Shown here piece by piece: positions 1 through 8,306 of a stretch of 64,000 nt of DNA. Where the stretch lies: the IMG/VR virus record IMGVR_UViG_3300009130_001805, positions 14,878 to 78,877 of that record. The stretch is one strand, 5' to 3'. The first letter of the stretch is position 1; the number at the start of each line of letters is the position of its first letter. The stretch is from a virus. The notes below the pieces were generated by a model. The model worked only from the letters and a program-made list of their open reading frames with translations. It had not been told where the DNA came from and did no database searches. The position numbers and the translations under genes are program-made.

Positions 1-542
1 TAACCAATCTCACCAACAGGGTTGTTGCCTAGATCTTCTATCAAATCTTTGATGTCTTCGTATATATTCTCGGGGCCAGAATTGCCTTCTATATAAGAAA
101 TTTGGTTATTGTGCGCTTTATCTGCGACCGCTATGATCTCTTCTATACTGCAGTTTTTAAGAGATTTCATTTGCTCCGCAGTATTTAGCGAGCTATTATA
201 GTACTGCCTTCTTACGGTAAATGTTTTTAGATCTTTAGCATACTGATCTATTAGCGATTCGTTGACTTGGCTATCATAGAGATTGCTTACAAAATCATAG
301 GCATCCATTTTTTCATCCAAAAAACAGATGCTCTCTTCTTCTAATTTGGCTGTTAGTGTCGTTGCATCTAGTCTTTCACCTTTTTCTATAGACTGCTTAA
401 GATGGTAGAATATTTTTTTGAGGGAAGATGATGTAAAATCTTCATCTCCAATAAACCTTGCTAGGTCGTAATATTTGTCGGGGAACTTGAGTAGGCCAGC
501 TAAAAGTTGACGCTCAAGTTTTGGTTTATGTATTAAAGCCAT
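1..542 (-). CDS. dnaB: Replicative DnaB-like helicase, N-terminal part (runs off window start)
   Basis: Manual translation from ATG at 542: MALIHKPKLERQLLAGLLKFPDKY...IGDEDFTSSSLKKIFYHLKQSIEKGERLDATTL...QYAKDLKTFTVRRQYY, matching the DnaB N-terminal domain pattern; open to the window edge; next to recA-like gene. Confidence 0.8.
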   Translation of the reverse strand, partial: MALIHKPKLERQLLAGLLKFPDKYYDLARFIGDEDFTSSSLKKIFYHLKQSIEKGERLDATTLTAKLEEESICFLDEKMDAYDFVSNLYDSQVNESLIDQYAKDLKTFTVRRQYYNSSLNTAEQMKSLKNCSIEEIIAVADKAHNNQISYIEGNSGPENIYEDIKDLIEDLGNNPVGEIG

Positions 543-548
543 AAAACA

Positions 549-577
549 ATGTTATCACAGACTGACAATTTTGTCAA
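549..577 (-). promoter_or_regulatory. Sigma70-type promoter, probably leaderless, for dnaB
   Basis: TTGACA-17-TAACAT, then 6 nt to ATG. Confidence 0.7.
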
Positions 578-867
578 TTTAAATCGTCGTCAAAGTCGGA
601 AAGATCGTCAAAACCTGTTGATGGGCCTAGTGGTCCTCCTTCTGACTCCTCTGCTTGAATTAGATATTTTTCTAGGGCTTTCCTTAGCCCCATTTCGGTA
701 ATTTGAGTATTAAATCTAGATAAAACTAATGGTTGACCATGTTGGTCTACGCAAGCAAGAATAAAACCTCTAGAAGAATCGTCTGCCCCAGTAAACTCTA
801 TAAGTTGGTCTAAAAAGCTCCGGGGGATATTGAAGTCTTCGAATTCGTCTGGATTAATATCTGACAT
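574..867 (-). CDS. Hypothetical acidic protein
   Basis: 97-aa ORF in the operon, preceded by the GTGTAA motif 9 nt before ATG. Confidence 0.7.
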   Translation of the reverse strand: MSDINPDEFEDFNIPRSFLDQLIEFTGADDSSRGFILACVDQHGQPLVLSRFNTQITEMGLRKALEKYLIQAEESEGGPLGPSTGFDDLSDFDDDLN

Positions 868-892
868 TAATAGTAGTTACACTAAATAAAAT

Positions 893-1297
893 TTAAATTT
901 CTAAACCTTGAGATAGAGAGGCTGCTACATCTTCGCCATACTCGCATTCAATTAATTTTATTTCATTTATTTTACAAAAGAACCTCTTGCTTTGATCTCT
1001 TTTTACTTGGTCTAAAAATTTCATCCTACTTTTGTTGTGAAAAAATTTATGGAATTTTGAATGTTGTGGTCCATTTGCTTCTACCGCAAGGGAACGGGTA
1101 TGGTTGTAAAAGTCAAACCTTAATTTAGATCCAACTAAAGGAAATTCTTCATAAACTAAATCATTCTTCCAAATTCTTTGAAGATTTTGTTTAACCTCTG
1201 TCTGAAATTTACTTCTGCTAGGCTCATCCCATTTTATTGAATACTTGGATGCGTTTTTTACTGAAGCGCATTTGCCTGTAGTAGTTTTAAAATTCAC
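893..1297 (-). CDS. PD-(D/E)xK / DUF559-Vsr-like endonuclease
   Basis: EEFPL..LRFDFY...LAVEANGPQH...RDQSKRFFCKINEIKLIE pattern. Confidence 0.7.
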   Translation of the reverse strand: MNFKTTTGKCASVKNASKYSIKWDEPSRSKFQTEVKQNLQRIWKNDLVYEEFPLVGSKLRFDFYNHTRSLAVEANGPQHSKFHKFFHNKSRMKFLDQVKRDQSKRFFCKINEIKLIECEYGEDVAASLSQGLEI

Positions 1298-2421
1298 TCT
1301 TTTTCTTTTATGATAATCTCTTTAAAATAAGAGGTTAAGAAGTTTGCTAGGCCTGAGTTTTCTTCTAAAAATAAATTAAGCTTTGACTCTCCTTGGATTT
1401 TATCTGGGCAATCAAAGCCATTGTCTTTAAGGAGATTAATAAAGTCTTCGTCAAAGCTAATCCACGCGCCTTTTTGGGAGATGAACTCCCATGCGATAAG
1501 CATGTCTATTAATTCTCTTTCAACCCAAACTGACTTTCCTCCGGTCCTGCCATACCTTACTGGATATTCTATAGTATAGTTAGTTTTTTCGTTCGGAGAT
1601 TTTTTTACGGTAACCTTTACATTATGACCTAGGATTGGATTTTTTTGAGGGTCTATTGGTTGATTAGGCAGGGATAGTATTAAATCTTTTTTAAATCTAG
1701 GCTCAAATTCCAGAATAAAATTAGCAAAGTGAAGTAGTGCATTCCCCCCTGTGGCAGTAGTTTGCCTTATTGGGGCTTTGCTGTAAGGGTCAAGTTTTAT
1801 GTCTGCGCGAACTTGAGATATAAATATTGCCATGTGGCCTCTTTTAGCTAAGGCAATGCTCATTTTTTGCATAAACTTTGCACCCAAAAGAGCGCCTCCC
1901 GCTACTTTATGCGCATCGTCAAAAGATTTATTGAGATCATCCTTCATAATTAATCCATCAATAGAATCTAAGATAAAACAATACCTTACATTTTCTGGAT
2001 TATCCATTATTAGTGTGCGCATTATGTCTAAAACAACCTCGAATATATTACTCTCAAAAATAAAACATGATCCTGAGTCCCACTCTTCATCGCTAGAACA
2101 AAAGTTTATTCCAGACCTAGTTTTCATTTCCTTGCTTAACCGACCTTCTGCGGTAATATAAAGACCTCTAGAATTGGGCTGCTTTAGGAAATTTTTCATA
2201 ACCTCTAGAGATTCCGAAGATTTGCCTCCTTCATTCATGCCGACAAATCTATGTAGGCCGGGGCCGAAGCCCCCGTTGAGTTCGAAATCCATTTTTAAAC
2301 TTCCGCTGGAAATTTTATAACTTATTTCTTCTTCAAAATTATAATGGTGTTCTTTATTTTGCTTTAAAAATCCTTTGAGCACCGATTTAGTAGACTGTTC
2401 TTCTTTTAATTTTGTAGCCAT
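1294..2421 (-). CDS. recA: RecA/UvsX-like recombinase
   Basis: ISSGSLKMD..LNGG, Walker A GMNEGGKS, Walker B FILDSIDGL, IFISQVR, TGGNALLHFA. Confidence 0.9.
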   Translation of the reverse strand: MATKLKEEQSTKSVLKGFLKQNKEHHYNFEEEISYKISSGSLKMDFELNGGFGPGLHRFVGMNEGGKSSESLEVMKNFLKQPNSRGLYITAEGRLSKEMKTRSGINFCSSDEEWDSGSCFIFESNIFEVVLDIMRTLIMDNPENVRYCFILDSIDGLIMKDDLNKSFDDAHKVAGGALLGAKFMQKMSIALAKRGHMAIFISQVRADIKLDPYSKAPIRQTTATGGNALLHFANFILEFEPRFKKDLILSLPNQPIDPQKNPILGHNVKVTVKKSPNEKTNYTIEYPVRYGRTGGKSVWVERELIDMLIAWEFISQKGAWISFDEDFINLLKDNGFDCPDKIQGESKLNLFLEENSGLANFLTSYFKEIIIKEKE

Positions 2422-2810
2422 TCTCTTATGTTTTTTGGTTTCTTTATTATATCATAATCCCTACCGCTTTTTCCAATTTCTTTCGCTTCTTTTTTCTTTG
2501 GGGGCTGATAGTTGTATTCCGTATACATTTTTTTTACCTCCTGATCCCCTTCTTGAGTAAAGAAGTGAGCCAAGCTTCTAACCTTATAGTCAAATTCTAT
2601 TTTGCTCCAAAATTTTTGATTAGGATACTTCTTGACTAAGTTAACAAGCATTCCCGCTTCTTTCTTCATTTCAGTGGGGTTTTTCTCCTTGGGGTTTAGT
2701 AGGAGAGAGTACAAAACTTTTCCGACGTTAAAAGTTAACTTTTTGTTTTTGTTATTTTTTTTAGGGCAAGGAACTTCGGAAAGGAATGAGAACTCATCTT
2801 GGTCACTCAT
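2406..2810 (-). CDS. Hypothetical protein
   Basis: 134-aa ORF overlapping both neighbours in the operon. Confidence 0.6.
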   Translation of the reverse strand: MSDQDEFSFLSEVPCPKKNNKNKKLTFNVGKVLYSLLLNPKEKNPTEMKKEAGMLVNLVKKYPNQKFWSKIEFDYKVRSLAHFFTQEGDQEVKKMYTEYNYQPPKKKEAKEIGKSGRDYDIIKKPKNIREWLQN

Positions 2811-3084
2811 ATGGTGATTTTAAATCTTTAGATTTATAGTAGTCCGTCATTAGCATTTTGAATTTAGAACTAGCTATTTGTAGTCTAATTTGCTCTCTCC
2901 TTCTATATTGATCTTTATTATCGTAGGAAGCTGCAATTTGTCTTTGGAGGTGGCCAAGGATGACTGTGCAAGCATAAAGGCGCGCTTCTTTTTCATTATC
3001 ACTTATTTCAGATAAATTCTTTAAAGCCTCTATATACAAGCCTTTATCGTTTTTTTCTGTACCCAAATCTTTTGTTTCACTCAT
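2803..3084 (-). CDS. Hypothetical protein
   Basis: 93-aa ORF tightly packed in the operon. Confidence 0.6.
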   Translation of the reverse strand: MSETKDLGTEKNDKGLYIEALKNLSEISDNEKEARLYACTVILGHLQRQIAASYDNKDQYRRREQIRLQIASSKFKMLMTDYYKSKDLKSPYE

Positions 3085-3085
3085 T

Positions 3086-3583
3086 TTATTCTTTTAACTT
3101 TAACTCCATTTCCTCTACGGACATACCAAATACATCAGACGGGTTGAGTTTTTTCTCTTTAACTAAGCGAATTCCTAAATCTAGCTCTTTGGTTTTTTCT
3201 TTTTTAGCCTCCCCTTCTGGAAGCATATCCACCATGCTTTTTAGTTTATCGATTTCATAATCAATTCTTTCTTCATCACTCATGCTTGATATGCGAGCTT
3301 CTTCTTCAAGCTTTTGCTTAAGTTTTTCTTTGAAGTTGTCTATAAAGTTATAGACGTCTCCCATGTCCTTGACTACCATGAAGTCGTTGATATCAAAGTC
3401 GAAAGTTTGACCTAACGTTGCCTCTAGGGATATTACTATCTCTACTAAATCTAGGGAATCTAGGCCTAAATCTTCTATGAAATCTGTTTTTTCGTTTATT
3501 GAGTCTGGATCTACTTCTAGGCCGCGTTCCTTGCACTGCTTAGAAATAATTTCATGAAGAAGTCTTTTTTCTTTTTTTGTCAT
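3086..3583 (-). CDS. acpP: Acyl carrier protein with C-terminal charged helical extension
   Basis: FIEDLGLDSLDLVEIVISLE phosphopantetheine attachment motif; about 80 extra C-terminal residues. Confidence 0.85.
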   Translation of the reverse strand: MTKKEKRLLHEIISKQCKERGLEVDPDSINEKTDFIEDLGLDSLDLVEIVISLEATLGQTFDFDINDFMVVKDMGDVYNFIDNFKEKLKQKLEEEARISSMSDEERIDYEIDKLKSMVDMLPEGEAKKEKTKELDLGIRLVKEKKLNPSDVFGMSVEEMELKLKE

Positions 3584-3589
3584 TGACCT

Positions 3590-3618
3590 ATATTAGCACA
3601 AGATGAAAATCTTGTCAA
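3590..3618 (-). promoter_or_regulatory. Sigma70-type promoter, probably leaderless, for the ACP-recA operon
   Basis: TTGACA-17-TAATAT, 6 nt to ATG. Confidence 0.75.
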
Positions 3619-3626
3619 GCTTTTAA

Positions 3627-4634
3627 TTACAAAAGAGTTTTAAAGCTTTGGTCTGATAAGTTGTGAGAGCTGTGCAAGGGTATAGCCCATTTTTTCGAAA
3701 GGTAAGATTCTATCTCGTCTTTTTTTGAGTCATCTCCATGAATGACGCACTCAGCAAATTCTCCTGCGGGGAATTGGGTTGAGTTTCTATTTGCAAATAT
3801 TCTTAAGTTAAATGTATCGGAGATATTGTGAGAGTAGGGGGTTGTGGAACTATATTCTCCATCTACAGAGAGAGAAAGCTGTTGGAGAGTCGGATCTAAA
3901 AAGGCGCCAAAAATGTGAAAGCCTCCAAGGTGGTCAGTTGTTCCAAAATCAAGAGTTGATGATCCAGATCCAGATCCGGTTAAATTGGCGCCAGCGAACC
4001 TGTGTAGAAATTTACCTGAAGCTTTCGCGGCAAATTGAAAGTGTGTTCCTGAGCCTCCCTGCCCTATGGAGAATATGGAATCACCTCCGTTGTTGATGGC
4101 TGTAACTTTCGCTACAACATAAATCAAGTATCTTGCGGAGCTGTTAGGAAAACCTGTATTCGAGATATTAGCTTCAAAATAATCTCCTTCTTGAATTACT
4201 GCGGTGGTGTGATTATTGTGAGAGGATGTATTTGCAAAACTGTTTGCGCTACTTTCAAAAGACACGTCGTTGTTATTTCCGCTTTGGTCGTTGAGTTCGA
4301 TAACTTTTTTTAGGGTTGGATCTAGTTTGGTATCGTTTAGGTTAACCCAAAAATTCAAAGGGGAGACTGAATTTTTATGTCTATTGATGCTTAAGTTAAA
4401 TGGGGTTGGCCTAAATCCAGCATCAAAATCATCTTTAATTTCTGCAGCCAAGTCTAGATTGTACAACTTTCTGAAAAGCTCTCTGCCAGTGTGGTTTTGA
4501 AAATAAGTCTCCTTCTCCTCGCCACCCGAAGCGAGTATGTTTTTAATTTCGCTTTTAATTGTGGCGAGCTTGGATTGCATCTCTGGTTTATCTCTTATGG
4601 TGTGAATTTCTTTATTTAACTCCTGCAAGCTCAT
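3627..4634 (-). CDS. LamG/concanavalin-like lectin-domain protein
   Basis: ELNDQSGNNN, beta-rich core, GEFAECVI...EIESYLSKKW ending typical of phage LamG domains. Confidence 0.6.
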   Translation of the reverse strand: MSLQELNKEIHTIRDKPEMQSKLATIKSEIKNILASGGEEKETYFQNHTGRELFRKLYNLDLAAEIKDDFDAGFRPTPFNLSINRHKNSVSPLNFWVNLNDTKLDPTLKKVIELNDQSGNNNDVSFESSANSFANTSSHNNHTTAVIQEGDYFEANISNTGFPNSSARYLIYVVAKVTAINNGGDSIFSIGQGGSGTHFQFAAKASGKFLHRFAGANLTGSGSGSSTLDFGTTDHLGGFHIFGAFLDPTLQQLSLSVDGEYSSTTPYSHNISDTFNLRIFANRNSTQFPAGEFAECVIHGDDSKKDEIESYLSKKWAIPLHSSHNLSDQSFKTLL

Positions 4635-4659
4635 GACTTAGTTTATTCCTGTTTAATTT

Positions 4660-4698
4660 AAAAGGCGGGGAGAGGGACATCCCATTCCTCCCCGCCTT
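4660..4698 (-). terminator. Intrinsic terminator downstream of hsp20
   Basis: AAGGCGGGGAG...CTCCCCGCCTT stem ending in TTTT on the minus strand. Confidence 0.75.
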
Positions 4699-4715
4699 AG
4701 TTTTATATGTAGTTA

Positions 4716-5201
4716 CTACAAAATCTTAATTTTCTTGGGTTTCGCTGGCTCTTTTTTTGGTATCGTTATTAGTAATATACCATTATTGAAATCAGCCTTG
4801 ATTTTTTTAGAATCAGTATTATCTCCTAATTTAAAAGACCTTTTGAATGAAGACCTTTTAAGTTCTTTTCTGATATACCTTGTTTTAGTATCAGTATCAT
4901 AGTTATGTCTTAATCCTGATATGGTAAGGATATCTTTTTCTAGGTCAACCGAAACCTCTTCTTTTGATAGGCCGGGGATCTCTGCCTCAATCGTTATTTT
5001 TTCGTCGTGATCAATAGCGTCAATCTTGGGGTAACTATTTTTTTCAAAAAACTCTAGACCAAACTCTTGACTGAAACTTGGAAAAGCTTTAGAGATTACG
5101 TTATCAAACATCGCATCAAAAGGCGTGAGAAATTCATCTCTACTGAATGATGCTACTGTGGGCGACGCCTTTCGGCTTTTGGTAATAATATTATGTGTCA
5201 T
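4716..5201 (-). CDS. hsp20: Small heat-shock protein Hsp20
   Basis: YPKIDAID..ITIEAEIPGLSKEEVSV..LTISG..SFKRSFKL..IKADFNNGILLITIPK alpha-crystallin domain. Confidence 0.95.
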   Translation of the reverse strand: MTHNIITKSRKASPTVASFSRDEFLTPFDAMFDNVISKAFPSFSQEFGLEFFEKNSYPKIDAIDHDEKITIEAEIPGLSKEEVSVDLEKDILTISGLRHNYDTDTKTRYIRKELKRSSFKRSFKLGDNTDSKKIKADFNNGILLITIPKKEPAKPKKIKIL

Positions 5202-5224
5202 TTTAACTCTGTTTTGATGTTTAT

Positions 5225-5263
5225 AAGCCCTTTTAGGTGCTTGAAAGCCTCTTTTGAGTACTT
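5225..5263 (-). promoter_or_regulatory. Twin bulged-A hairpins in the hsp20 5' UTR
   Basis: AAGU-A-CUC-AAAA-GAG-GCUU and AAGC-A-CC-UAAAA-GG-GCUU in tandem. Confidence 0.55.
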
Positions 5264-5271
5264 CTAATATT

Positions 5272-5299
5272 ATTATAACACAACTCGTGCCAAAATCAA
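5272..5299 (-). promoter_or_regulatory. Sigma70 promoter (extended -10) for hsp20
   Basis: TTGATT-16-TATAAT with TGn immediately before the -10. Confidence 0.65.
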
Positions 5300-5823
5300 A
5301 TTTTATTTTTCGTTAAAATGTATGTTGATACTATTTTTGTATGGTCATTAAAGAAATTATTGATCTCTTTCTCACTGCTATTTGGCCAACACATCCAGTG
5401 CCAATCTTGAAGATCGCTAAAGCCTTTTACTAGAATTATAGCTACGTCAGTTTTTTTTAAATTTTTAAAATTAATTTTTTTAATTAAGAAATTATTTTTG
5501 CGAAGATATTTTTTTAGCTCTAGTGGACAAGTTATCTTTGTGAACTCGTGTGATATAATCCCCATTATTTCTCTATAGTGGGTGTGATCTGAATCTTGGA
5601 TTTCAATGCCTATCTGTATTGGATTTTTATTTATACCGAAGTGGGATAAAGCTTGGCTGATCGCAAGAGGCCCACAGCTCACTAAGTGGCAATACTCGTA
5701 GCCCTTAAGTCTGTAGGCCTTATGTTTTTCAGACTCTTTTGTGAAATACAGTGGGCCGCACCCGAGCGAAAAAAAGAAAAAAGTTAGGATTGTAATTTTA
5801 AGCGTGAGTTTAAGCATATTCAT
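5296..5823 (-). CDS. Putative lipoprotein, C39-like cysteine peptidase
   Basis: Signal peptide with lipobox-like SLGC; SCGPLAISQAL (Cys) and WHW (His); start moved from 5844 to the in-frame ATG at 5823, 8 nt after GTGTAT. Confidence 0.6.
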   Translation of the reverse strand: MNMLKLTLKITILTFFFFSLGCGPLYFTKESEKHKAYRLKGYEYCHLVSCGPLAISQALSHFGINKNPIQIGIEIQDSDHTHYREIMGIISHEFTKITCPLELKKYLRKNNFLIKKINFKNLKKTDVAIILVKGFSDLQDWHWMCWPNSSEKEINNFFNDHTKIVSTYILTKNKI

Positions 5824-5848
5824 ACATGTGAATACACTCTTCATCTTA

Positions 5849-6766
5849 TCACTCCTTTAAGCTTTCTGGTGAATCTTGCCTAATTAAAAAGGGGAAGTTC
5901 TTGTTGAAAGATTTTTTATTTCTTGAAACTTTTAAATTACCTGTGACCGCCGAAGTTTCTATTGGTAGGTTTAATATCTCAGGTATTGATGGGGGTTTGA
6001 TGGATGGATCTAGCGCCCACATAATTCTGTGTTCTTTTGCCCACCTTTCAATTCTCCTCACTGGAACCATTAGGTTAAAACCTTCTCCTGCGCCTCTCAC
6101 TATCATTCCTACGTATTCACCTGTCTGTAAGTAAACTCCACCTCCTGATGAGCCCGGAAATGCTGTAACAGTAGTTTGATCAAATTCAACTTTTCCGTGG
6201 ATTCTGCCAACTTGAGAGATTATACCACTAGTCATACTATTGGACCCCATTTGTCCAAGTAAAGATCCTACGTGAAATAGTCTGGTTCCTATGGGTATGA
6301 TGGGTTCATCTTTGTTTAGATAAAATTTGGCGCTATCTTTGCCATAGTCAAGGGCTCTGACCATGAGTAGAGCTAAATCTTCTCCGTCGTCTGCGTCGCT
6401 GTATTTAATTACAACTGCGTCCATTTTTATTTCTCCGACCCTTCTGCCGCCTTCAATTAATTCTTTAATTATTTGAACGTCTCCAAACTCAACTAATTTT
6501 TTAGGGTTTCCATCTTCGATAACAGTCCTAACAGATCTAAGGTTATCAACAACATGTGCGCAAGTCCAAACAAAGGTAACTGTATCCTTGCCTATTTTTC
6601 TGGTAATGAGTACTCCAGAGCCTTCTGATTTACTGTGGTAGTTTTGAGACCTTATTGTTACGGATATATCTTGTAAGTGTTTTGAAACTTTCCTTCTTTC
6701 TTCTGGATTTATAGCTAAACAGGGGAGTTGCGAGCATACCGCAATAAATAACAATAGAGTTTTCAT
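5849..6766 (-). CDS. Secreted trypsin-like (S1) serine protease
   Basis: Signal peptide; catalytic triad motifs TCAHVV, DLALL, PGSSGGGV. Confidence 0.9.
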   Translation of the reverse strand: MKTLLLFIAVCSQLPCLAINPEERRKVSKHLQDISVTIRSQNYHSKSEGSGVLITRKIGKDTVTFVWTCAHVVDNLRSVRTVIEDGNPKKLVEFGDVQIIKELIEGGRRVGEIKMDAVVIKYSDADDGEDLALLMVRALDYGKDSAKFYLNKDEPIIPIGTRLFHVGSLLGQMGSNSMTSGIISQVGRIHGKVEFDQTTVTAFPGSSGGGVYLQTGEYVGMIVRGAGEGFNLMVPVRRIERWAKEHRIMWALDPSIKPPSIPEILNLPIETSAVTGNLKVSRNKKSFNKNFPFLIRQDSPESLKE

Positions 6767-6839
6767 AACTAGTTGGGTTTTAGGTTTTACTAAGTTCTAG
6801 TTATGATTACACAAGCTAAAAGCCTGTTCGTTTTATTTT

Positions 6840-7853
6840 TTAAAAATCGTCTTCTAGAGATCCGTTTTGCTGATAGTCTCTGGATCTTCTTTCAAAGAAA
6901 TTACCCATAGCTTGAACATCAACAACTTCGCCTAACCAAGGGAAGGGGTTGTTGTCGCTTGGAAATCTATAATCAAGACCTATTGACTCTAGCCGGCGGT
7001 TGCCAATGTAGTGCATATAGTCTATGAACATTTCTGCATTTAAGCCTAATATGCCTGTCGGTAAAACATCTCTAGCATATGCAATCTCAAGCTCTACGGC
7101 TTTCTTGATATGCTCGACAAATTCTTCTTGTATTTTCTTTGTCCAGATAGAAGGGTTTTGCTCTATTAAGGTATTAATTAGATACACTCCGAAAGCTATA
7201 TGAGAGCTTTCGTCTCTTAGGGTATACTTAATTTGATCTGAAATTCCTTGAAGCTTGTTCTGCCTCCCTAATGCGAGTAGCATAGCGAATCCACTAAAGA
7301 AGAAAGTCCCCTCGCAGACAATCCAGTAAGTTAGGAAATTTCTCAAAATTTCTTGCTTGCCTTCTTTGGAGTGAGCGTTAAAATCTTGCCTGCTTATATC
7401 ATTGGTGATCTCCATTAAGAAATCATCTTTAGCTTTAATGCTAGGTATATTTTCGTACGCAGCGAAAACTTCATCTATATCTAGATCTAAACTATCACAA
7501 ATGTATACTACCGTGAGATTGTGAAGACTTTCTTCAAACGCTTGGCGCAATATGTACTGGCGGCATTCAGCGTCAGTAATATATCTAAAGGCACTAAGAA
7601 GAAGATTGTTACCAACCAAAGACTCACTTCCAGCAAAAAATCCAAGACAGCGTTTAACAAGTAATTTTTCATCTTCTGTAATCTCATTGTTTTTCCATTG
7701 TTTTATATCCTGCTGCATTGATATTTCTGTGGGCATCCAGTTGTTTGCGCAGCTCTTAAGAAACAATTCCCAAGCGTATTTGTGTTTATGTGGAAGTATT
7801 CTGTTTACTCCAGCTATATTTTTAGTTAATAATTCTCCGGTTTTGTCTTCCAT
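6840..7853 (-). CDS. nrdB: Ribonucleotide reductase beta subunit, class Ic-like
   Basis: WMPTEI, FFAGSESLV, QAFEESLH, EGTFFFSGF, RDESSH, NFFERR. Confidence 0.95.
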   Translation of the reverse strand: MEDKTGELLTKNIAGVNRILPHKHKYAWELFLKSCANNWMPTEISMQQDIKQWKNNEITEDEKLLVKRCLGFFAGSESLVGNNLLLSAFRYITDAECRQYILRQAFEESLHNLTVVYICDSLDLDIDEVFAAYENIPSIKAKDDFLMEITNDISRQDFNAHSKEGKQEILRNFLTYWIVCEGTFFFSGFAMLLALGRQNKLQGISDQIKYTLRDESSHIAFGVYLINTLIEQNPSIWTKKIQEEFVEHIKKAVELEIAYARDVLPTGILGLNAEMFIDYMHYIGNRRLESIGLDYRFPSDNNPFPWLGEVVDVQAMGNFFERRSRDYQQNGSLEDDF

Positions 7854-7877
7854 TTTTTCTTATGTGTTTATGATTGT

Positions 7878-8306
7878 TTAAATACAACGAATATTTTCTA
7901 AAGAGAGTTTAATATTTTTTTTAATTTGTGGGTCCATGGGTTGGGGTAAATTTTCTGGAGAGAAAAAACCATATTCATCGTGCTCAAAGTTTATCTTGAC
8001 TTTGGGTAGGTAATCAATAGATAGGGCGTATGCCCAAAAGTCGTATCTATTATATGTTTTGTATTTTCTTATAAATATTGGATCTCCTTTGATTTCTATA
8101 CATGTTTCCTCTTTCATTTCTCTTACTGCGGCATCGAGGGGCGACTCGCCTTGCTCGATGCGACCGCCAAATAAAGACCAATTTCCTCCAAATGGAACTT
8201 TTTCTCCTTTATAAAATTCAATTCTCCTGCCTAGAAGGATTGAACTTTTACAAAAAAGAGCAATGGCTGCAGCCTTCTTATTGGCAGCTTTCACATGTTC
8301 CACCAT
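7878..8306 (-). CDS. Nudix hydrolase
   Basis: Nudix box GGRIEQGESPLDAAVREMKEET; EH.EYGFF. Confidence 0.9.
   Translation of the reverse strand: MVEHVKAANKKAAAIALFCKSSILLGRRIEFYKGEKVPFGGNWSLFGGRIEQGESPLDAAVREMKEETCIEIKGDPIFIRKYKTYNRYDFWAYALSIDYLPKVKINFEHDEYGFFSPENLPQPMDPQIKKNIKLSLENIRCI

Noticed and set aside
5221-5295. CIRCE or sigma54 element upstream of hsp20
   Set aside because: The repeats do not fit TTAGCACTC-N9-GAGTGCTAA, and TGGCACG lacks a correctly spaced TTGC
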